Source: Hypanus sabinus (lineage: Eukaryota). Taken from it: a stretch of 64,000 nucleotides of DNA. Location of the stretch: assembly GCF_030144855.1 (NCBI RefSeq), contig NC_082722.1, positions 26,722,001 through 26,786,000 of the forward strand. Direction: 5' to 3'. The notes beneath the pieces are model-generated. The model searched no databases. It was not told the DNA's origin and saw only the letters and a list, made by a program, of their open reading frames with translations. Each line of letters begins with the position of its first letter. Position 1 is the first letter of the stretch. The position numbers and the translations under genes were made by a program. Below, one piece after another: positions 12,457-24,540 of this stretch.

Positions 12457-12953
12457 ACATCCAGCTGGATGCAATGGACAAACTATATGTTACAATGAAC
12501 GATTTAAATTCCGAGGGGACAGAATATGGAATTCAATGAGGCGACAAAATGTCTATGAAAGCAGCTTAACATCCTCAACGACTCGTCGGAATTTCGGATG
12601 CATAACTGGGTAAAATTTTGTGGCTTTCGGCCCGGTAATCAGAATCTTGAGTCTACGTAGGAAACACATGGAAGCCTGGCATTGATTCATCCACTCCCGA
12701 ATAAACTCCTCAACAACCGAACCTTATTTACATCCAGTGGAATCAAATGGACAAAATATGTGTTACAATGAATAACTTCACCCTCGAAGCACCTACATAA
12801 TTTTATTTCTGGGAGGGCAGTAGATGCAATTCAATGATGGCGAAAACTTGTCAATGAAAACAGCATAACCTACCCGCCGATTCATGGCGATTTCTGATGC
12901 ATAACTGCTCAACATGTCGAGGCGATCGGCATGGTAATCAGAGTCCTGTCTCC
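12457..12953. repeat. Diverged tandem duplication, unit ~270-300 bp
   Basis: 12457-12654 aligns with 12730-12953 (acatccag...atggacaaa...gttacaatgaa...attcaatga...gatgcataactg...ggtaatcaga). Confidence 0.8.
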
Positions 12954-14857
12954 ATTCGCTGGAAGCTCAGCATAGTTAACCGCCAAACACGATGCTTTGA
13001 AGAATATTCAATATTGTCAGTTTAGGATCGGGTAACGATGCTGCCAGGTCAGGCAAATGGTGTGTCATAATTATTCGAAGGTGTTTTTTTGTCTCCTATG
13101 GTCTCCCTTTTACTTTGTGGAAACTTAAGAGATGTTTGAAATAGCAGCATTAACCCCAGTTCCGCTCGTGCTGATTGGATTCAAAATGGAGCCCCGGAAC
13201 TGCAGTCGATTAGTTGAGGTGTACTCGATGCACACTTTTATAGATTTTGTCGCAATACATCCTGAATATCTATGTTACCATAACAATTAAACTGAATAAC
13301 GTACAGTTTCACCTCTAGGCTCTCCCTTTATTGTGATCAGCATCCTATATCCGAACCCTTTTTCAATCAAAGACAACACTTGCTTTTGTTTCTCGCCGAG
13401 TTCTTCGTGCAAACTGACCAGAACAGCGAGTGAGGAATCTGAGTATTACGGGAACGACTTTGCTAAAAAATAATATAGACTGAACTCTAACACTAGAATA
13501 AATTTGTGAAGCTTTCATCTTATTTTGCTTTATTTCATAAAATATATACAACCTCCAAATGATCAAGCATTTAAATTAGATGAATATTCCTGAAATAACA
13601 GGCCGACTGGTCGACAAAATGTCGCTTCCCTTGGGCATTTCCATGAATGCTCAGAATCCAAAATCACACATTGTACCGGAGACGCGTAAATGACGGCGAC
13701 CGAGAGAAAGCACTTACCGTTCAGACCAGTCTTGTTCATCAATTTCTCTTCGGTTTTGTTTTCCATACATTAAACAGTAGTTCGCTAGTAGGAATTTTAT
13801 AAACAGATCCTCAAGGCAATTATTAGAGAACAAAAATTATGCATCATCTATCTAAACCGTCACGGCTTAAAGTTCTTCTTGCAGTAAGAGCGAGCCTGCT
13901 TTCCCCATTTTCTGGAAATGTTACTGTAATGATGATTATAAGATCAATGCGAATCGTGGCTATCAAAATCCATTTTGGAGTTCTAGAACGTCCTTGCAGG
14001 AGCAGCTGGAGTTCGAAAGAAACAGGGAGATGAGCTAAAATATAATCAAGAGAATGCAGAGGACGTGAAACGGAGTGTTGGGTTTGCGGTGAGAAAACTG
14101 CGGGATGATAATTCACCGATGGTACATGGTTGAAACGGAACAACATTGCGAAGCTTCATTAGAATGGAGGGATATATTATTATTGTCCGAATAAGGTCAA
14201 CGTGCATTTACTATCATAGTATGCAAGCAGTGTACAACCTTGAGATTTGTTTTCCATCAAGCAGCCGAGAAAGAAAGAAATACCATTCAAATTGTTTAAA
14301 CAAAATATCAAACATCCAACGAGAGCATAACAGCAGATGGTGCAGACGGCAACATGAACGAATAACTCACCGAATAGTAAACATCAAAGCAGACTCTTTG
14401 TAGCACTCTCGGAATGTTCAGTGTCGTTTAGTGAAGGGTAAAATTTCGCTGCAGGCCGCAGAGCCAATTCGTGACGAAGTGCTCCATCAAAACCGTGCAA
14501 AATAGCAATAAAAATGGCATAACTAGGAAAAACATATAACCTGAAGTCAGGAGTCCTGCGAAAACGGAACCAAATCCAGTCAATTAATTTAATTAATATT
14601 TAAATACGGTACGGCCACTGATATGCTATTATCACTTTACATCTTCGTTGGAAGACAAAGCCTTTTAAACAAAGCACCAGGTTACTGCAGAGCACCGTAT
14701 ATGCACACAACAGTTACCATCAAATGCGTTCTGAAAGATCCGTACCTTCAGCAGTCCACTTACACAATTAATTCGATTGGTATCAAAGAAAAATGTTCAA
14801 TTTTTGAAATAATGTTCAAACAATGCAATTCATTTATTTTAAATTCATTTTCCGAAG

Positions 14858-14905
14858 GGGCTAAAACAAATACTTTGTTCGGATGTCAGAATATAGACCC
14901 AATAG
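14858..14905 (+). CDS. Receptor copy B: short cytoplasmic exon with shifted donor
   Basis: ttttccgaag|GG GCT AAA ACA AAT ACT TTG TTC GGA TGT CAG AAT ATA GAC CCA ATA G|gtgaag. Homologous to copy D exon 62847-62890; the flanking introns (14600-15120) align with the reverse complement of ~62620-63140. Confidence 0.7.
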
Positions 14906-15729
14906 GTGAAGCGAATCGACTTATTTAAGAGTGGGATATTCTTATATCAAACATATTATGAGTTTATTTAATTCCATAACACTTTGGAACGTAGTAGGGA
15001 AAACAGGATTCATTTTTCCTATCCAATCCTTATTTTCAAGTATATCTCTAAGATTTATTCGAATGTTCCCGTTGAATCTGCTTCCTCTATCCTTTCAAGT
15101 TTACACATCAGTTCATAAGAGCTTGCATTGGAAGGTGCCTGGTAACATTTGGTAATGGAAGGTAAGTTGTTTATCCTTTTCGCATGGTGAACAATTAAGT
15201 ACAATTCTAAGACAGCAAGGAACTACTAAATATCAGTTTACAAGAGTCACAGTGTACTAGAAAATGGGGAAGTACATTAAGTGTACAAATCAATTCGTAA
15301 TATATGTTACACGTGAGCTGACAGACAGCACGCAAGGTACAACTGTAGCAAAGTCTTGTTTTGTTGAAATGGTCTTGTATTATTATAAAGAGTTTTAAAC
15401 CCGATCAGCAACAAAGATCCACGCCGAAGTGCATAACCAGAATAAGCGAAAGCCACGGGAGACATTTTTGAAGAGAAATAGTTGATATTCCACATTGATG
15501 ACCCCTCCCCAGAAATCAACCTAAGCTTTAACTATTTCTCTTCGCAATGATGATTCCTGATGTATTAGGATTTTGTATATTTTAGTTGTTTTATTTCGGG
15601 TTTCCAGCTCTTCGCTGTTATTCACTTTCCCACCTGGTCTCTCTTGATAGGATGACGTGTTTCGTTATTCAGTTTGCCTATTTTAACGCATTATGTTCTA
15701 AATCTACGTAACGATATCTGGTGCGTCGG

Positions 15730-16760
15730 ACCATAAGATATAGAAGCAGAAGTAGGCCATTCGGCTCCTCGGGTCTGCTCCGCCATTCAATCACGGGCTG
15801 ATCCAATTCTTCTAGTCATCCCCACTCCCATGCCTTCTCTCCATGCCCTTTGATGCCCTGGCTAATCAAGAACGTATCTATCTCTGCTTTGAATGCACCC
15901 GATGACTTGCCCTGCAGAGCCTGTCATGGTAAAAAACTGCACATGTTTCCCACCCTCTGACTAAAGTAATCTGTCCTCCTCTGTGTTCTAATTGGACTTC
16001 CTTCAATCCTGAAGTTGTGCCCTGTTTTCTTAGATTCCCCCAGCTTGGGAAATAACTTCGCCATATCTAATCTGTTTAGGCCTTTTAACATTCGGAATGT
16101 TTCTATAAGATCCTGAATTCTCCTGAACTCCAGAGAATATAGCCCAAGTGCCGCCAGACTTTCTTCATACGGTAACCCCTTCATTCAGGATTCATTCTCC
16201 TGAATCTCCTCTGAACCCTCTGCACTGTCAATACATCCGTTCTAAAATAAGGAGCCCAAAACTCCACACAATACTACAACTACGTCTCACGAGTACCTTA
16301 TAGAGCCTCAACATCACATCACTGTTCTTATATTCTGTTCCTCTTGAAATGAATGCCAACATTGCATTTGTGCTCTTGATCACTGACTCAACCTGAAGGT
16401 TAACCTTCAGGTATCCTGCCCGATGGCTCCGAGGTTCGTCTGCCTTCCTGCATTTTCGATTCTCTCTTTATCTAAATAATAGTCTCCCCTTTTATTTCTT
16501 CCACGGAAGGGCATGACCATAAACTTTCCAACTTTATGTTTCAGTTACGACTTCTTTGCAGATTGCCGTGAACTATCTAAGTCTGTCTGCGGGCTCTCTG
16601 TTTCCTCAACATTACCCGCTCCTCCACCTAACTTTGTATCATCGGCAAATTTAGCCAATAGTCCATTAATCCAATAGTCCAAATCATTGACATGCATCAT
16701 TAAAAGCAGCGGTCCTTGTGGAACTTCAGAGGTAGCCAGCAGCAAACAAGCAATAGGATC
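15730..16760 (-). mobile_element. 5'-truncated CR1 LINE
   Basis: RT remnants (EVPQGPLLLMMHVNDLD...AKFADDTKLGG) and C-terminus (GLPYEESLAALGLYSLEFRR); taagatatagaag tail at ~15735. Confidence 0.88.
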
Positions 16761-17911
16761 TCTTTATTCTTACTCTGTTTCCTGTCGAACAGCCAATGTT
16801 CGACTCATAGTAAAAAACAATCTAAGTGCAAAGGAAGCGACTGCAACTTTCCAATTCACCAATATAACGTAGTCATGCATCACTGATTTCATTATAGTAG
16901 AGCTCCATTCAATCTTCTACCAGCGTTCTTGACTTGTCCAGAAATGTGGGGCTGCTTCTTAGAGAAATAAATAAGTTGCTGAAGTCTTCATGATTAAACT
17001 TTTGCTATTGCTTTATTACTCCGAAATGTTATGCCGTTATGTGAGATGAAGCAAAGACCATTTTAATATTTACTGTAACTAGTACGTCCATTTGCTCTGT
17101 GTAATTTAAGTGATACACCAACAAAACCAATTAAATCAACAGAGGCCCGGACTGCGGAGTTAGCTAAGCGATACTTAGCAACAGGACTTGCCATTTGCTC
17201 CAATATCCTTAACTTAGATAATGTGATGGTAAGGGACACAGTTTTTGTTTGGTCACGCCAATAATTTCAATAATCGGACGCATTCAGAAGAAGTGGAAAA
17301 TCGAATGATGCCCGTGCAAAAAAAAAGTATATAGAGGAACGTGAGGGATAGGAAGTGAGAAGAAGAAAAGGATTGCGCAGAAATGAGAATCCCCATCCTA
17401 TTCATAGGATTGTTATCAGCGGTTCTTTGAAAATCTATAGAGAACATAACAACTTCCAGCCTGACATGGTTGAGATCCCACCTCCGGTATGATGTATGGA
17501 CATTATCGTTGTGCACAGACAAAACGCTATTACAACCATTTTCTAACCTCCTTTGTGATTTGATTTTCCAAATCAAATTAAGTTCATGATAACTGACCTC
17601 GGTATCAGTTAGCTGCATTAACTGTGTTTTTCTAACAGGCTGTCAAGCACCGGCTGAGCACACCACTGCCTAAGTTTCTCTAAACCTCAACGAGAGGAAA
17701 CCATTTCGCAAAGATCGACAGCCACAGGAGCGCGTCATCTATTCCCAGGGAAAACGCAGAGATTAGCCTGAATATGATTTAGATTTGCATTAGGGATATG
17801 CCATGGTAACATGCCCTTCCGATGCAACTAATCCGTGCCGCTCAGTCACACACACGTGACCAATTAACTCTCTAACTCCAATTAACTCATCGTTGGAATG
17901 TGGGATAGCCG

Positions 17912-18068
17912 NNNNNNNNNNNNNNNNNNNNNNNNNNNNNNNNNNNNNNNNNNNNNNNNNNNNNNNNNNNNNNNNNNNNNNNNNNNNNNNNNNNNNNNNN
18001 NNNNNNNNNNNNNNNNNNNNNNNNNNNNNNNNNNNNNNNNNNNNNNNNNNNNNNNNNNNNNNNNNNNN
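17912..18068. other. Assembly gap (N run) inside copy B intron
   Basis: 157 N. Confidence 1.
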
Positions 18069-18917
18069 CAAAATTGAGCTTGCATTGACACTGTAACGAA
18101 ATATAAAGCGCGTCATAGCTAATTTTCTTTCATCGAAAGGTAGCCTATCATTATATACAACTTAACATCCTAGTACAAACATTTTTTTCCATCTGACTAA
18201 GTTCAAAGCTGAAAACATGAGCATCAATTTCTCTAGCTGTTGGTCATTTCTGACCATTCCGCTCACTCATTTTCCATTCCTCATACCGGTCCCTTTTCAA
18301 TTCTTATCTTCCCCTCATGTGCCCGTCGCTTCCCCTTAGTGCTCCTCCTCCTTCCATGTCGTCAAGAGTGCACTGTCTGTCCGCTCGTATCAGATTCCTT
18401 CTTAATGTCTTACCGCGGAGAACTGAACTTGCTGAAATACCGAATTGCGACAAACCTGTAATCAGAGAGCTTGAATAAACAAAGTGCCCGAGTTCATTCT
18501 ATCAGTTATGCGCTGTACATGATAACAATGTCCATGTGCATTTGGAGCTCTGTTGGCAGGTGCGGCTGAGCAAACATCTTTGAGCTCCATAAACGAAAAG
18601 GATGTGGCAATCAGACAGAGATAATACAAATGCGCTTGTGTTACGAGTTATCCAAATATTTATACCATAACTGCTACCTCAAGAATTTCTCTAATTGCCT
18701 AACTTAATTTTGTTAAAGTTCTTTTTCAGTAAAGAAATGAATGACTATAATGAAACCAAAAATGGTAATCTTGAAGGAACGTTGACATAAAATTAGTATA
18801 AAGCAGGAGCAATGCAAAGTTCATAACTTATGAGTACATCTCTAATTTATTTTGCAATTGTTTGATTCAATTAGTCACTAGATGGTTGACAGACCACTGA
18901 CCCTGAACTACTTTCAG

Positions 18918-19000
18918 AGACTAAAGGAAATGGAGATGAGAAACTGACTTACGCCGCTCTGCAGTCTCCCAATTCCAACAACACCTCAGCATCCAAATAA
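18918..19000 (+). CDS. Receptor copy B: terminal exon, canonical ITIM LTYAAL, stop before the ITSM
   Basis: ctttcag|AG ACT AAA GGA... reads TKGNGDEKLTYAALQSPNSNNTSASK*. The TAA at 18998-19000 is followed in frame by QNKYTLYAAVST*. Confidence 0.8.
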
Positions 19001-21099
19001 CAAAACAAGTATACATTGTACGCAGCTGTAAGTACATAATAGAAGCCGTGAAGCTGCAGTCCAGAGCTAAGGACTGTCAATGAGTGCAGTCGCAAGACAT
19101 TGTTCCGTTTCTTTTTTTTTGCATCCAGACAAAGATTGATCATATGTATCGCATGTGTAAGGTTGGAAAGTTAGTGGTCATTTTGATTTTCAAAGCTTTC
19201 CGGATTTATTCGAGGCAATTATGACTAAGAAATCAAAGGAAGAAAATTAAGAATAGGAACTGTAATAAGCTATTCCGCACCTCACTAATGCCTAGCCTTT
19301 CACGGTTGTAATGTTTAATAACCTCAGACTTCTGCTCCATTCCACGGTCCTCCAATCTTTCCAATAGCTCAAAACTTACTTCTTAAAAACAAGATAAAAT
19401 CGGCAGACGCTGTAAATCTGATGCTCCAATCAAAAGGTATTTACTCCCGCTTAAATAGGTCCAAATAATTTTGGCTGTACAGATCTCAGATGATAAATAT
19501 AAAAATCCAGAGATTCGGCATCATCGGCGAGATATTTGAGTGAGGCAGGGAAAATTCACTGAATAAAAAGCTATTTTGCACACTTAAGTCAACGTTCAAC
19601 CAAGGGAAATAGAAAGCGCACGATTCTGTTGAACATTCGCAACTTGTCCTCGTGATAACACTCCTCTGCTTTAATTTTGATAAGTAAAGATCGTATGATG
19701 AAAGTTTACTTAAACGGTTTTTTCAGCTAATTACTACTCTTGGTTTTCATATTCATTCACGACTTACTGCACATAATTAGCTGTAAAATACAACTCCACT
19801 ATCACATGGTAGTAACAGAAATCTAAGGGCAGCGAACAGGCAAGAAAATCCATCCTTACCTATGTTCCTGTCGGTCCTTCTCTCTATAACCCCCTCACGC
19901 CTTCACCCCAAAAGCCCGCGCGGCACTAGCTTACAGACCCACGAGGAAGAATAACATCTATCCCATTGGGTTAACAAATGAACACAATTCTTGTTATCAG
20001 TAATTATAACCCGAACAAGCTGCGGGAGAAAACAATCTCTCACCAGTTAGCATAACATAGAAGCGGTTTCGGAAGCATGTTTATTTTTAACATAGCCTTA
20101 GCTGTGACATAAAAGAAGAAACCCCTTCCAGGTATATTTGCAAAAAACAAAATCTCAGGAGAGAAATAGAATATGCAATTAGGAGATCAGGAATGATGTG
20201 AATATTACCTTTTGCACGGTTATATCAGCATGATAGAAAGACAAATTTAGTAAGGTTGTTCAAAAGGCTCTGTGAGCTGAGAGCATGATCTAACTGATCA
20301 CGGCTGAGAATATTAAGTGGTAGTTTCCTTCGGCCAGAGGTAATTCCTTGTCGTGATAAGAGTCAGTACTCAGCGGTTTCTTCACTGAGAGGCTGGTACA
20401 TCTTTCTAATTTTTACATCCTAACATTGGACATGTGTATTCATTGGAAGCATCCGAGACTGATGTCATAATATTTCATACCAGTTGAGAATCGAAGCATC
20501 TGAACTGTATAGGAAAGTGAGAGAGGATCTAGCATAATTTTGAAGTTGGTCACTTTTATAAATAACAAATCATATTTATGTTTCAAATATTCATAGATTA
20601 TATTTGGGTACGTCCATTCTTCCATACTCTGCTCTTTTCTTTACCTACTTGTGCAGTTCTACTCCTGTAACTACCTCTGCATTTAAAGCTGGAATTCTCT
20701 CTGCAAGTGTCTTTGTTTCATTACTTAATCTAAGTTTGCTGGTTGATCTCTCCGGTTTTCCTCAAGTACCTAGTCACTTCTCCTCATACATGGTTCGGAT
20801 TGTGCTTTGTAATATTCTATTAATGTACCTTGTGATTCTTATGAAAGTAAAAAGTCATTTTATCTAGTTTGCTAATGGAATCTGTTGAGAGAGTTTTCGA
20901 GCGACAGTTCAGAAACAGAAACCATTTATTTCGAAGCTGTGATCAAACTATTTGCAAAGACATCGTAAAAAGAAATTCGCATTTTTTTCCCAAATAAAAC
21001 ATACTCACTATAAAGAACCAGATCACAAACAAGAGAATATCTGTAGCGGCTGGAGCTCCAAGCAACGCATATGCACATTGCTGGAGTTACGCGGCAGGC

Positions 21100-21210
21100 C
21101 AGATGCACCAGTCCTGCCCAAGAGTCTCGGCCTGAAACGTCGACTGTACTTTCCTCCACTGATGCTGCCTGGCCCACTGATCTCCTCTGACATTGTTTGT
21201 GTTGCACTGT
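21100..21210 (+). mobile_element. Penelope pseudo-LTR fragment
   Basis: ggcctgaaacgtcgactgtactttc...gatgctgcctggcccactga; reverse complement of the tail at 3985-4070. Confidence 0.7.
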
Positions 21211-21993
21211 GAAGAACCACTATGTTAGATAACCTGTTCGCTCCATACGTTCCATCATCACCTTAAAACCCAACCCGTGTTATACTGCGTCTCTTGCAAT
21301 ATTTATGTGTTCACTACGTTCTTGTCTCTCGGTCTCTATATATTTATATATGTTTTACAGTTTCGTCATTTTTTTCTCACCAGATCTAGAAAACAGCAAA
21401 AAAAAAAAAAAAACCCTGATTCTTGGGTGTAAGTTGGGCGGAATGGCAATTGTTATTCTATAATTTTGATAATAATCGGAGTGAAGGCAAAACAAGGTAA
21501 CAACATGAATGGTTTGACAAGCATTTCCACTTACTACCTCTACAGATTGAAACGAGAAATGATAGTGAGAGGATTAAGATTTCCATGGCATTATCGGATT
21601 CACATTCGACAATACTGATTATAAATAGCAGGATAATTTTACATTCCCGTTCAAGTTAACCAATCCTCCCTTGTACCTATGATTTGCAGATACCTGGGGA
21701 TTTAAGATTGTGATTTCCAGCGGCGATTTTACACAAGTAATAATACTCTCACTGTTATATTTTCGTTCATTTGAGATATAACATGACTGATGTTATGCTA
21801 CCGCGCACTAATCTTTAAATGAAAATCTAGATCCACCACATTCATGAAAGGTCACGCTCAACACACTACATGGCCACAATGTGCGCCTCACTATTTTGAG
21901 TAGCTGTGAGGAATGTCAAATTTCGGCAAGAAATTTGATTACTATCCAACGAACAACTTCAATTTTTCTGACATTGCCGCTAATATTTAAGGT

Positions 21994-22384
21994 TGTCATG
22001 GTCCCGTCTGGCAATTTCCCATCGTGTCATTTCCTCCTTACTTGGGCCTCAAATGCCCTCGTCTGATTTCCAATCATTCCCTGTTCCGCTAATTACAAGC
22101 ACACCTGGTTCTCATTAGCGAAGATTGGATAAAACTCGGACATTAAAACCATCTTTGCCAGTTCGTTGGTCGACTCTAGAGTGAGTAAACCTTGTTTCCT
22201 GATTCCATGGGACTGTCAGTTAAAGTTCCGCATCATTTGCAGGATACTGTACGTAAACATTGTCACCGTGTAAAGACTCTCCTGGATACCGGTTCCCCGT
22301 ACGCGACGGTGTTAACGCCTCACGACTCTGCCTCAGCGCCTGTGTCCTACACTTGGATTCGTCCTCAACCTCGCCCTTGCCTCA
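21994..22384 (+). mobile_element. Solo LTR (391 bp) related to the Gypsy element at 6.6-11.6 kb
   Basis: TG...CA termini; TSD AAGGT/AAGCT with one mismatch. Shares gccagttcgttggtcgactc...gtgagtaa and cctggatacc blocks with the Gypsy LTRs. Empty site at 32593-32597 in the other duplication arm. Confidence 0.88.
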
Positions 22385-22499
22385 AAGCTGTTCTATAGTT
22401 TAAAACCCATTAGGTATTAAAACAACCTCTGCGGAAACAAATCAGAGCGGAGAACCGGAGGTGAAACAACTTTTGTTTTTGCTTCCGAGGGGGGTATAT

Positions 22500-24066
22500 T
22501 AGAACCATAGAAAACCAACAGCACACTACAGACCATTCGGCCCAGAAAGCTGTGCCGAACATGTCCTCATCTAAGAAATTACATACGGTTGCCCAAAGCC
22601 CTCTACGTCTCTGAGCTCCATGTATCTGTCCAGGTGTCTCTTTAAAGACCCTATCGTATGTGCCTCCACCACCGTCGCTGGAAGCCATTCCACGCACTCA
22701 TCACTCTCTGCACAAAAAATAAACAACTGACATCTCCTCTTTACCTATTTCCAAGCACCTTAACGCTGCGCCCTGTCGTTCGAGCCATTTCAGCCGAGGG
22801 GAACAAAAGCCTCTAACTGTTCACACGATCAATGCCTCTCAGCATCTTATAGATCTCTGAAAGGTCAACTCTCATCCTCCGTCGCTCTACAGAAAAAAAT
22901 CCGATTTCAATCAACCTATTCTCATAAGGCATGCTCCCCAATCCAGGCAACATCCCTGTAAATCTCCTCTGCACCTTTTGAAATGGTTTCCACATCCTTC
23001 CCACAGTGAGGTGACCATAACTGAGTACAGTACACCAAGTGCAGTCTGAACAGGGTCCTATATAGCCTCAACATCTCCACGGTTGATGAAGGCCAATGCA
23101 CCGTATGCTTTCTTAAACACAGAGTCAACCTGCGCAGCAGCCTGGAGTGTCCTATGGACTTGCACCCAAAAATCCCTCTGATCCTCCACACCGCCGAGAG
23201 TTTTATCATTGATACTCTATTCTGTCATCACATTTCACCTACCAAAATGAACCACCTCACACTTAACTGTGTTGAATTCCATCTGCAACTCCTCAGCCCA
23301 GATTTGCATCCTATCAATATGTTGTGCTGTAACCTCTAACAGCCCTCACACTATCCACATCACCTCTGCCCTTTGTGTCATCAGCAAATTTACTTACCTA
23401 TCCCTCCAATTCCTGATTCAGGTCAATTATAAAAATCAGGAAGAGTAGGGTTCCCAAAGCAGTTCCCGAAGGCACACCACTGGTCATCGATCTCTATGCA
23501 GAATATGAAGCATCCTCAAAAACTCTTTTCCTTTTCGGGACAAGCCAGTTCTGGATCCACATAGCAATGTGCCCTTGGATTCCATGTCTCCTCACTTCCT
23601 CAATGTCTTGCATGTGTTTCCTTGTCAAATTCTTTGCTGAAATCCATAAACAATACATCTGCTACTCCCCCTTCATCAATATGTTTAGTCACATCCTCAA
23701 AAAAAAAAATCAGTCTCGTAAAGAACAACCATCCTTTGACAAAGCCATGCTTACTGTTCCTAATCACAATATGCCTTTCTCGCCTCTCACAGTAGCTTGT
23801 GATACAGCTTGTCCGGTCCATGGGACTAATCCAATTTGATGTTTTTCAAAAGCTCCTGCACATCCTTTTTCTTAATATCTACATGCTCAACCTTTTCATT
23901 CTGCTCTCAGTCATTCCTGTAATCGCCAAGATACTTTCCCGTTGCGAATAATAAAGCAAAGTACTCATTAAATAACTCTGCTATCTCTTCTGGTTCAATA
24001 CCCACTTTAGCACCGTCACACTTGATTGATCCTATTCCCTCACGTCTTATCCTCTTGCTCTTCACA
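22500..24066 (-). mobile_element. 5'-truncated CR1 LINE (inserted before the inverted duplication)
   Basis: RT/C-terminal peptides (HGFVKG, DVLFMDFSK, YRTLFRLHLVYCTQLWSPH) and agaaccatagaa tail. Junctions are shared with 30395-32475. Confidence 0.9.
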
Positions 24067-24540
24067 AACTGATTTGTGGAGGATTATTACGATCAATTAC
24101 GAACTATGTCTGTAAGTGCATGTGAACCGATGACAAAGTGACTCGCACAGAGCTGTTTCAATAGTCCGTAGTGCCCGAGGAGTGCAAAGGTGACAGTTGT
24201 CCCTGCGGAAACTGTTGGGAAATGGAGGAAAAAGGGAATAACTGCGGAAGAAAAAAGATGACGAGAGATGAAAAACTGATCCTATTCGTAGAATCGCATT
24301 TGAATGGTGATTGAAAATCAATCTCAATCTTAAAGATCATATAAACTTTCAGCACGAGGGAAAACACACTCCGTGCCTTTTCAAAAATAATATTTATCGC
24401 AATAACACTTACTGATGTTAGAATATTATTATGCCGCATTTTTATCAATTATGTTTATGTTGTCATACTCATTTTCTTTTTATGGATTTATAATTGCATT
24501 ATCCTCGCCGATAACAGTGTTAACTACCTCTTTGTGACAT

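Larger units (their letters stand above)
20235..24270 (+). repeat. Left arm of inverted segmental duplication (partner 30185-34290)
   Basis: Unique blocks 20235-20960, 21640-21990 and 22390-22500, both CR1 junctions and flank 24068-24270 all match the reverse complement of the right arm. Confidence 0.88.

Noticed and set aside
17580-17597. ITIM-like VSYHEL in minus-strand ORF 17253-17618
   Set aside because: Six-residue ITIM patterns occur often by chance in six frames. It has no partner motif, a weak acceptor, and is antisense within copy B's intron.
17790-18116. ORFs spanning N runs (also 57872-58218)
   Set aside because: Artefacts of translating assembly gaps.
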